Of a DNA stretch of 64,000 bases, positions 57,174 through 64,000 are shown piece by piece. Source of the stretch: an uncultured Candidatus Obscuribacterales bacterium (lineage in GTDB: Bacteria; Cyanobacteriota; Vampirovibrionia; Obscuribacterales; Obscuribacteraceae). A model generated the notes under the pieces. The model was not told the origin of the DNA. It saw nothing but the letters and a program-made list of their open reading frames with translations, and did not search any database. The translations under genes were made by a program, and so were the position numbers. The stretch's first letter is position 1, and each line of letters begins with the position of its first letter. The stretch lies in assembly GCA_964606665.1 (NCBI GenBank), contig CAZSHS010000002.1:3487-67486 (forward strand), given 5' to 3'.

Positions 57174-57244
57174 GCGCCCTTAGTTTAATGGTAAAACGAA
57201 CGTCTCCAAAATGTTTGTTGAGGGTTCGACTCCTTCAGGGCGCG
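57174..57244 (+). tRNA. trnW: tRNA-Trp (anticodon CCA)
   Basis: Cloverleaf folded by hand. Acceptor stem GCGCCCT/AGGGCGC, D stem GTTT/AAAC, anticodon stem AACGT/ATGTT with loop CTCCAAA, T stem GAGGG/CCTTC with loop TTCGACT. No encoded CCA. Confidence 0.9.
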
Positions 57245-57267
57245 AACTATTTCGCCAGGCAGAATCA

Positions 57268-57750
57268 GTGAGCAAAAAAAAGAAAAAAACTAAAGAAGAC
57301 GGCTTAAATCTGCCTGATACCATGAGTGGTGCCGCTTCAGAAAAAGCCGGTTCAGAGGCAAAGGGAGACAATTCCTTGAGTTCAGCGAGTCCTCCAGCAA
57401 CAATCGACAAGTCCAATGCAGGATCAGGATCTGGATCCGGTTCAGGTTCAGGAAAAGGCGGCGGTAATTCAAGCAGCGGTGGCGGCTCGAACAAATCCGG
57501 CAAAGATCCAAACAAAAGCGGTAATAAACAACAAGGTAATTTCATTACCGACTTTATCAAGTTCCTCAAAGAAGTACGAAACGAAGTCAAAAAAATCAGT
57601 TGGCCTGAACGTGGACAGGTAGTCAAAGAAACCTGGAGCGTAGTAGTTCTGGTCACACTCATCACCTTCTTAGTACTCGGTTATGACTATGTACTTGGAC
57701 ATTTCGTGTTCGGTCCAATCGAACACTGGGCAAAAATTCACAACGGGTAA
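57268..57750 (+). CDS. secE: Preprotein translocase subunit SecE with a long low-complexity N-terminal extension
   Basis: The C-terminal FLKEVRNEVKKISWPERGQVVKETWSVVVLVTLITFLVLGYDYVL is the SecE TM module. The ORF-track start (57211) overlaps the tRNA, so GTG 57268 or ATG 57322 is more likely. Confidence 0.8.
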   Translation: MSKKKKKTKEDGLNLPDTMSGAASEKAGSEAKGDNSLSSASPPATIDKSNAGSGSGSGSGSGKGGGNSSSGGGSNKSGKDPNKSGNKQQGNFITDFIKFLKEVRNEVKKISWPERGQVVKETWSVVVLVTLITFLVLGYDYVLGHFVFGPIEHWAKIHNG

Positions 57751-57768
57751 TTCTAGGTAAATTCTTCA

Positions 57769-58362
57769 ATGAGCAGCGCAGCAGGAGTTAATAACCAGAA
57801 AATGGCTTTCATCAAATCAGACGGGTCAAGAAAGTGGTATGCCGTTCAGACCGCTTCTGGACACGAAAACAAAGTGAAAGAACACATCGAAAAACGTGTT
57901 ATCACGATGAGCGCTCAGGACAAAATTTTCGGAGTTATTGTCCCTGAAAAAATCGTAAGTAAAGTCAAAGACGGCAAACGCGTTGAAAAGAAAGAACGTG
58001 AATACCCAGGCTACGTCTTTGTAGAAATGATTCTCGATGACGACTCCTGGAGAGTTGTAAGAGAAGCACCCGGCGTCACAAAATATGTTGGAGCTGGCAA
58101 AAAACCTACACCTGTACAAGATGGCGAGATTCGCAAAATACTCAGACGTCAAATAATCGCCTCCGGCATCAAGGGCAAGAAGGCAGCGCAAATAGACGTC
58201 AAGGTAGGCGATTACGTCAGAATCACTGGCGGTCCATTCGCCGACTTTACAGGAGAAGTTACAGAAGTAAACTTGGAGAGAGAGCGCATAAAGGCGTCTG
58301 TGATTATCTTTGGACGCGCCACGCCAGTTGAACTTGAGTTTAATCAGGTTATAAAAGTCTAA
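57769..58362 (+). CDS. nusG: Transcription termination/antitermination factor NusG
   Basis: NGN domain (KWYAVQTASGHENKV, PGYVFVEM) plus a KOW domain (GDYVRITGGPFADFTGEV). Confidence 0.95.
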   Translation: MSSAAGVNNQKMAFIKSDGSRKWYAVQTASGHENKVKEHIEKRVITMSAQDKIFGVIVPEKIVSKVKDGKRVEKKEREYPGYVFVEMILDDDSWRVVREAPGVTKYVGAGKKPTPVQDGEIRKILRRQIIASGIKGKKAAQIDVKVGDYVRITGGPFADFTGEVTEVNLERERIKASVIIFGRATPVELEFNQVIKV

Positions 58363-58456
58363 ATGTTCTGACAGGAACAGCCTTCAGCACATAAAATTGT
58401 ACATTCAACGCATATAAGTAGATCATCCAACAAATACGGAGCAGAGGCGGCAAGCC

Positions 58457-58879
58457 ATGAAAAAGGTTACTGGGAAAGTCAAATTACAAATCCAAGCGGG
58501 TAAAGCAAACCCAGCGCCACCCATCGGTCCGGCTCTTGGTCAGCACGGCGTCAACATCATGCAGTTCTGCAAAGAGTACAATGCCAAGACTCAAGACAGA
58601 GTTGGAACTATCATTCCAGTCGAAATCACCATCTTTGAAGATCGTAGTTTCGAATTCGTGCTCAAAACTCCACCTTGCTCTGAGCTCTTGAAAAAAGCTG
58701 CCAACATTGAGAAAGGTTCTGCTGCTCCCAACAAAAACAAAGTTGGAAGCGTATCCAAAGCTAAAGTTACCGAAATCGCCAAAATCAAAATGCCCGACTT
58801 GAATGCAACAAGCCTCGAGTCCGCAGAAAAAATGGTTCTTGGTACCGCCCGCAACATGGGCATCACCATCACTGAATAA
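58457..58879 (+). CDS. rplK: 50S ribosomal protein L11
   Basis: [34 protein letters not shown] signature. Confidence 0.97.
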   Translation: MKKVTGKVKLQIQAGKANPAPPIGPALGQHGVNIMQFCKEYNAKTQDRVGTIIPVEITIFEDRSFEFVLKTPPCSELLKKAANIEKGSAAPNKNKVGSVSKAKVTEIAKIKMPDLNATSLESAEKMVLGTARNMGITITE

Positions 58880-58913
58880 TAGAATACTGAATACGAATAA
58901 CTGAATACGAATA
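58871..58913 (+). repeat. Three tandem 14-15-nt copies, the first containing the rplK stop codon
   Basis: ACTGAATAATAGAAT / ACTGAATACGAATA / ACTGAATACGAATA, followed by the AAGGA RBS of rplA. Confidence 0.9.
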
Positions 58914-58925
58914 AAGGATAGAACA

Positions 58926-59648
58926 ATGGCTAAGCCAACTAAAAGAGAACAAAGACTGCAAGAGTTCTACAAAAATAACCAGGGCTCATTTGAAGCAGCC
59001 CAAGCAGTCAAACTTTTAAAGGAAGAAAAATCGGTCAAATTCGATCCAACCGTTGAGATTGCTTTTCGTCTTGGTATCAACCCCAAAATCAACGACCAGC
59101 AAATTCGCTCCACCGTGAGCCTTCCTGGCGGAACCGGTAAAGAAGTACGCGTGGCAGTTGTTGCTAAAGGCGAAAAATTGACTGAAGCCAAAGAAGCAGG
59201 CGCTGATGTTTACGGAGCCGAAGACCTGGTAGAAAAAATCGGTAACGGCTTTTTTGAATTCGACAAACTAGTTGCTACCCCAGACACAATGGCATTGCTC
59301 TCCAAAATGGGTAAAGTACTCGGACCTAAAGGTTTGATGCCAAACCCCAAAGACGGCACAGTTACAACCGATTTGGCTAAAACCATCAGCGAATTGAAAG
59401 CCGGTAAAGTCGCTTTTCGTTCAGAAAAGACAGGTGGATTGGTTCAAATGGCGATTGGCAAATTGAGCTTCTCAGACGATCGCATATTAATGAATCTAGC
59501 TGCTGTAATTGACCAAATCATCAAAATCAAACCATCCTCGGTCAAAGGTACTTACATCAAATCTGTATATATAAGTACCAGCATGGGACCAAGCATTAAG
59601 CTTGACTTGAACACACTTGGCTCAGTAAACAAAACAACCGCTGCTTAA
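58926..59648 (+). CDS. rplA: 50S ribosomal protein L1
   Basis: FDPTVEIAFRLGINPK, VAVVAKGEK, GPKGLMPNPKDGTVT. Confidence 0.97.
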   Translation: MAKPTKREQRLQEFYKNNQGSFEAAQAVKLLKEEKSVKFDPTVEIAFRLGINPKINDQQIRSTVSLPGGTGKEVRVAVVAKGEKLTEAKEAGADVYGAEDLVEKIGNGFFEFDKLVATPDTMALLSKMGKVLGPKGLMPNPKDGTVTTDLAKTISELKAGKVAFRSEKTGGLVQMAIGKLSFSDDRILMNLAAVIDQIIKIKPSSVKGTYIKSVYISTSMGPSIKLDLNTLGSVNKTTAA

Positions 59649-59665
59649 GTCTAAAACTTAGACTT
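59647..59665. terminator. AT-rich perfect 8-bp hairpin between convergent rplA and the TadE-like gene
   Basis: AAGTCTAA-aac-TTAGACTT. No clear T-run. Confidence 0.3.
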
Positions 59666-59673
59666 GGTCTTAT

Positions 59674-60159
59674 CTAAGACGCAGTATTTGGAGCAACAAA
59701 AGTAAACGGGTAGGTTTGAGCCGACCTGAAAGTCAAAGGCGCTCCACCACTGTAAACATAAGGCACAAGAAACGGGCGAATATCGACTGTAGTGCTCACT
59801 GTGACAGTACCACTCACGGTGCCGCCATAAGGATTCAGAGCGTTGCGATCGGCAATTACTGTGGTCGGATTAAATGTGGTTCCAGTCAGAGTGAAATTAC
59901 TCAACATCGAGCTTCCCTGCTGGTTTGCCCGTGCAACTATTGCCTGAGCACGTTGATTGGCAGACACAGGATCTCCGCTTGAAGCAGCACGTGCAGCTTG
60001 TTTACATGTCTGGTCATTGACCTGAACGCCAATTACGATAACAGCTAAATCGAAAAATATAAGTATGATTGGAACCAGAACCAGAAGTCCAACGGTCAAC
60101 TCAACTAGAGATTGCGCCGTTGCTTTTCTCCTGCCTGCTATATGCCTGTGCAAATACAT
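59674..60159 (-). CDS. TadE-like (Flp/Tad pilus pseudopilin family) protein
   Basis: The N-terminus RRKATAQSLVELTVGLLVLVPIILIFFDLAVIV, followed by CKQAARAA, fits the TadE N-terminal pattern. The remainder is beta-rich. Confidence 0.5.
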   Translation of the reverse strand: MYLHRHIAGRRKATAQSLVELTVGLLVLVPIILIFFDLAVIVIGVQVNDQTCKQAARAASSGDPVSANQRAQAIVARANQQGSSMLSNFTLTGTTFNPTTVIADRNALNPYGGTVSGTVTVSTTVDIRPFLVPYVYSGGAPLTFRSAQTYPFTFVAPNTAS

Positions 60160-60290
60160 CCTCGCCCTCGCCCAATGATAAGTTGCGACCTTCCAAAGCC
60201 GAATATTCCACGGGTCCCCTATGATCTAACTATACACCCTAGCTTTATGATCCGGGCTTTCGTGGGATAATGACCTAGTAGTTTTCTGGA

Positions 60291-61295
60291 TTGCGCAAAG
60301 GTCAAAAAGGTACTCCTCAGTTGAAATTTAAAGATTACTATCAGACGTTAGGAGTGACAAGAAGCGCCACCCAACAGGAAATCAAGTCTTCTTATCGCAA
60401 ACTTGCGCGCAAACATCACCCTGATGCCAACAAAGGCGACAAAGCATCAGAGGAAAAATTCAAAGAAATTTCTGAAGCATACGAAGTTTTAAAAGATCCA
60501 GAAAAGCGCAAGCGCTACGACATGCTTGGCTCCAACTGGAAAGCAGGCGCTGACTTCAAGCCTGGAGCGGAAGGCGGATTTGGCGGATTCGATTTTGATT
60601 TTAGCAACTTTCAAAAAGGTGCTAGTGGCTCAGGTGGTGGTGGCGGATTCTCCGACTTTTTTGAAGCACTTTTTGGACAAGCAGGCGGACCATTTGGTGG
60701 CGCTCAAGGTGCTGGTTCGCGCTTTGGAACACGTCAAGCAAGACCGCATACTGCCAATGCTGGCCGCGCAGGTCTTCGTCCGCATGAGCAGCAAGCAGAT
60801 ATCGAATTAACTGTTGAAGAACTCGCTCGTGGCGCACAACGAACTTTGAAAGTTACTCCTCAAGGCGAAAAAGGCAAAACTATTGAAGTCAAAATTCCCA
60901 AAGGAGTGCGTGCTGGATCTAAAATTCGCATAGCCGGACAAGGTGCCATGACACCTACTGGACGTGGCGATTTAATTTTGCGGATTAAAGTCAAAGCACA
61001 CAAAGACTTCACCATAGATGGTGACAATCTCATTTGCGAAGTCACTCTAAAGCCTGGCGTGGCTGTCTCTGGAGGTCAAGCTTCGGTGCCGACTCTTGAT
61101 GGTCCTGTCAAAATAAAAATTCCGGCTCTGACACAATCGGGTCGCACCTTGCGTTTAAAAGGTCGCGGTTTGCCTATACTGAAACAGACTACTACAGGCG
61201 ATTTGCTTGTAAAAGTCAAAATCACTGTGCCAGATAATCCATCTGAAAAAGAAAAAGAGCTCTATGCAAAATTGGCAGAAATAGAGCAGCAATAA
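60291..61295 (+). CDS. cbpA: DnaJ-class co-chaperone without zinc finger (CbpA-like)
   Basis: J domain DYYQTLGV...[11 protein letters not shown]...[14 protein letters not shown], a G/F-rich linker and two C-terminal beta domains. No CxxCxGxG repeats. TTG start. Confidence 0.8.
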   Translation: MRKGQKGTPQLKFKDYYQTLGVTRSATQQEIKSSYRKLARKHHPDANKGDKASEEKFKEISEAYEVLKDPEKRKRYDMLGSNWKAGADFKPGAEGGFGGFDFDFSNFQKGASGSGGGGGFSDFFEALFGQAGGPFGGAQGAGSRFGTRQARPHTANAGRAGLRPHEQQADIELTVEELARGAQRTLKVTPQGEKGKTIEVKIPKGVRAGSKIRIAGQGAMTPTGRGDLILRIKVKAHKDFTIDGDNLICEVTLKPGVAVSGGQASVPTLDGPVKIKIPALTQSGRTLRLKGRGLPILKQTTTGDLLVKVKITVPDNPSEKEKELYAKLAEIEQQ

Positions 61296-61298
61296 TCT

Positions 61299-62072
61299 CT
61301 ATGGATGGTCAAATTTCCAATTCTTCGGATCCATACCTGAAGTATCAAGTCCTTCCTTTTCATATTCTTTTTTGAAGAATTCATCAGATGCAGCTTGAGT
61401 TTCGTTTGGATCTTCTCTAGGCGGAGAAGACTCATAGTTTTGGTCAACGCTCAATAAACGAAGCATCATGGTCATCTTATTGAGCTTTGGAACGTTCTTT
61501 TTGCCTAGCTTTCCAATACAAAACTTACCTGGAACAACAACTTTGCGCACTCCTCCAACTTGCATATTCAACAGTCCCCCTTGCAGTCCTGCCATCACCT
61601 GGTGATCTCCAAGAGTGAAAACAAGCGGCATTCCGCGATCGACAGAACTGTCAAAAATACTTCCGTCTGAGTTATACGCAATATAATGCACAAGCACTGT
61701 CGCTCTGAGATTGGGTGCCATGCCGTATCCGACCAGAATGTCTCTGTACAAAATGCCGTTGGGCATTCGTTGCATTTTGGTCTCTTCCTGGGGATTTTCT
61801 TGTCCTTGCGTTTTCCATTTGGGACCAAATTGCAATGCAAGCATAGGAGCTGGTCTTACAAAATATTTGCCTGTATCGGGATCGGTATCATTTGTCGTGC
61901 GCTCTTGCAGCGGAGCAGTTACGCTCGAGGTTCCATCGGGAGTCGTGATGGGGACAACTTCTTCTGTTTTCTCTTGATTCCAGCACGCAGTCAAAAGCCC
62001 CAAAGCAAATCCAGTGACAATGGCTTTAGAAGCCATTCTTCTTATCTGAGACGAGTTCCGATAATAGTTCAT
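61299..62072 (-). CDS. FKBP-type peptidyl-prolyl cis-trans isomerase, probable lipoprotein
   Basis: FKBP core LYRDILVGYG...VLVHYIAYNSDGSIFDSSVDRGMPLVFTLGDHQVMAGLQGGLLNMQVGGVRKVVVP. Lipobox GLLTAC. The start could be 62072 or 62036; the ORF-track start at 62147 is less likely. Confidence 0.85.
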   Translation of the reverse strand: MNYYRNSSQIRRMASKAIVTGFALGLLTACWNQEKTEEVVPITTPDGTSSVTAPLQERTTNDTDPDTGKYFVRPAPMLALQFGPKWKTQGQENPQEETKMQRMPNGILYRDILVGYGMAPNLRATVLVHYIAYNSDGSIFDSSVDRGMPLVFTLGDHQVMAGLQGGLLNMQVGGVRKVVVPGKFCIGKLGKKNVPKLNKMTMMLRLLSVDQNYESSPPREDPNETQAASDEFFKKEYEKEGLDTSGMDPKNWKFDHP

Positions 62073-62341
62073 GGTTAGGTTGGGCTGGGCAAAGGCATAA
62101 AGAGTGAAGTCGAAAACATAACTTTGATTATATTGAAATGTCCCCAAAATGCACTATTTTAATCTACACTTGACAGGCGGGTACCAAAAGTTCACAAATG
62201 GGACCTACACTTGACATGTCGCCATCAAGCAGGGTCTTGGTTCTCCCTCCAGCCCGCCCTTTTCATTCCAAGACCCTTTTACTAGACAACAATGGCCAAT
62301 TTCGCGAAATTGCTGAACGACGGTTCGGCGTTGAGGTCATA

Positions 62342-64000
62342 ATGCGTTTCACCGTAAGGTCAAGTCATGTTTTTTGCTATTTATTAGCAACTATCATGAT
62401 TTGGCTTTCTTGCTGTGCGCCTGGAGAAGCGCATAGATTCAAGAAAATGCTGGCAGACACAAATATGTTTCACGCTACAAAGCGTCAAGCGAAGTCTCAA
62501 GGTAAGCAAGCTGAAAACATTGCTGGCGGTCCAAGTCTTTCGGCATATAAAGATGTAGAAAAGGCAAACACCCAGTTTCCCCCTTATATAGTCATGTCCA
62601 AGCCTGGTGGCGAGAGAGTTCCTCGCACTCATATCATGATTGTGGCCACTCCCATCAATCAGAATATGCATTACAAAGATGGGCAGTCCAAGCCTGATCA
62701 AAAAGTTGGTGGAAAAAAGAACGCGCCGTGGTTTCAGCACAATCCACCCGATGCTGGACTTTATGGACACAAAAAGCTCAGTGACATGTTTCGAAAGTGG
62801 GATCCAAAAATAGGAAAATGGATTGCTGATAGCAAAATTGCAGAAAATTTAAAAGACGCATTAAATCCCGACGATGCCACCACTGGTGATAAGACTCCTC
62901 AGTCGGACATGCCTACAAAGGCAAAAGTAAAACAGCACGAAAATAATATGAAGCAAAACCCTCAGCCGAGCAATCAGAAGGGTCAAAATCAGCAACAAGG
63001 ACAAATGCAAGGCGCGTCGGAAGCTTGTGCAGACGCGTTTGATCCATGCTGGGAAGCAATGCTTGAGCTGCATATGGATTATTTGATTAACGTTGCCAAC
63101 GAAAATGCAGGACAACCATGTGGCGGCAGAGAAGCTGTGAAGGTCCATGAAAACGCCGTTTGGATGGTCATGCAAATGTATAAACGAGTCTATATAAATA
63201 TTGGCTTGCTTTTACTGCTACCAGGCGCGGTGCTTACTCAAGTTAAAGGAATTGTCAGTTCCGGAATTCTGCAATCTAGAAACGATGAAGATGCTGTCTC
63301 ACCTTTTGTAGGAATCTTGAGAGGGATGATCGCACTTTTTCTCATTCCGTGCACCCAGCTTATTGTTAGTTACACAGTAGACATTGGCAATTCAATGAAT
63401 TACGAAGTGAAGCGTCATATCTCTGTAGGAGTAATTACCGATTGGGCTGACGAGCAAGTCTTTAGGGCTCCAGAAGAAAATAAAGAAGAACAAATCAAAG
63501 CTCCTACAAAAAAAACACAAGGAAAAATGACTGAAGGCTCCGAAAAGGATTCAGGAGTAGAAGCGCAGTCTTTGGCTACAATAATGCTCCAACTCATGGC
63601 TAATTTGGCAGGTATGTCGGCTGCGTTTGGATTAGTTATGATGTGCGCTTTTCAAATAACCATGATGTGTTATCTCATGCTCCTGGGACCAATCGCCGCA
63701 GCGTTTTATGCCTGGCCAGCTACTGTTGGACAGCTATTCATGAGAGTCTTTGCTATCTGGTTAGATGCGGTAGTAAACGTAGGATTGTGGCGATTTTTGT
63801 GGTGCGTAGTTTTATTGGCAGCACAAACAAGAATCGAATGGCTATCTGAGATGGGCCAATACAATCCATTTTGTGAATGGGAATTGATTATGTTTATCGC
63901 CTTCGTCACCATTCTCTCTTACGTTCCTTTTAATCCTTTTGATTTTAAGCCCGGGGAAATGGTTGCTCAAATTATGCAAAAGGCAGAACAAGCAGTAAAT
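62342..64000 (+). CDS. Large membrane protein, 3' end outside the window; C-terminal polytopic region possibly TrbL/VirB6-like
   Basis: The frame is open from 62174 to the window edge, which is why the ORF track omits it. The ATG at 62342 gives a signal-like MRFTVRSSHVFCYLLATIMIWLSCC. A soluble, Q-rich region of about 220 aa follows, then at least five TM helices, including LGPIAAAFYAWPATVGQLFMRVFAIWLDAVVNVGLWRFLW. Confidence 0.5.
   Translation, partial: MRFTVRSSHVFCYLLATIMIWLSCCAPGEAHRFKKMLADTNMFHATKRQAKSQGKQAENIAGGPSLSAYKDVEKANTQFPPYIVMSKPGGERVPRTHIMIVATPINQNMHYKDGQSKPDQKVGGKKNAPWFQHNPPDAGLYGHKKLSDMFRKWDPKIGKWIADSKIAENLKDALNPDDATTGDKTPQSDMPTKAKVKQHENNMKQNPQPSNQKGQNQQQGQMQGASEACADAFDPCWEAMLELHMDYLINVANENAGQPCGGREAVKVHENAVWMVMQMYKRVYINIGLLLLLPGAVLTQVKGIVSSGILQSRNDEDAVSPFVGILRGMIALFLIPCTQLIVSYTVDIGNSMNYEVKRHISVGVITDWADEQVFRAPEENKEEQIKAPTKKTQGKMTEGSEKDSGVEAQSLATIMLQLMANLAGMSAAFGLVMMCAFQITMMCYLMLLGPIAAAFYAWPATVGQLFMRVFAIWLDAVVNVGLWRFLWCVVLLAAQTRIEWLSEMGQYNPFCEWELIMFIAFVTILSYVPFNPFDFKPGEMVAQIMQKAEQAVN

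Noticed and set aside
57174-57244. tRNA-Trp as an integration hotspot or genomic-island boundary
   Set aside because: It sits in the universally conserved rpmG / tRNA-Trp / secE / nusG context. It has no integrase, direct-repeat duplicate of the tRNA 3' end, or foreign genes nearby.
57211-57267. ORF-track start of secE at 57211
   Set aside because: It would overlap the tRNA-Trp gene on the same strand. A downstream GTG (57268) or ATG (57322) is more plausible.
1-64000. Mobile elements, prophage, toxin-antitoxin pairs or known defence systems
   Set aside because: I recognised no transposase, integrase, phage structural protein, nuclease-helicase defence signature or small paired ORFs in any frame. 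The window reads as core chromosome.

Overview
This is a densely coding bacterial chromosomal segment of about 60 genes. I saw no transposase, integrase, phage gene, CRISPR array or rRNA. The housekeeping backbone is polA, dnaX, acyP, der-plsY, gpsA, mobA and the conserved rpmG / tRNA-Trp / secE / nusG / rplK / rplA block.

Between these lie several less ordinary modules:
1. A type IV pilus cluster (26.3-37.9 kb): pilB-pilT-pilC, then a tightly coupled operon of group-3 sigma factor, ABC ATPase, ABC-2 permease, pilD, fused pilM/N, pilO and a pilP-like gene. It has no pilin or secretin gene. PilB carries a triple zinc-ribbon tail and PilD an acidic insertion.
2. A minus-strand phosphorelay (47.8-52.6 kb): sensor kinase, two CheY-like receivers, then Hpt / pseudo-REC / REC / degenerate GGDEF with an intact I-site. 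It is start/stop-coupled to gpsA, a GT4 glycosyltransferase and an NDP-sugar pyrophosphorylase fused to a degenerate phosphomannomutase-like domain.
3. An MBOAT acyltransferase with two paralogous DltD/SGNH-like partners.
4. A secreted VIT-vWA protein divergent from a CHASE2 kinase / LuxR regulator / secreted-unknown operon.
5. Several unknown or low-complexity proteins, and a polytopic, possibly TrbL/VirB6-like, ORF running off the 3' end.

Low-complexity insertions in housekeeping proteins (PolA, DnaX, SecE) recur across the window. I cannot assign taxonomy without a database search. All functional calls come from motif recognition by eye on the supplied translations.
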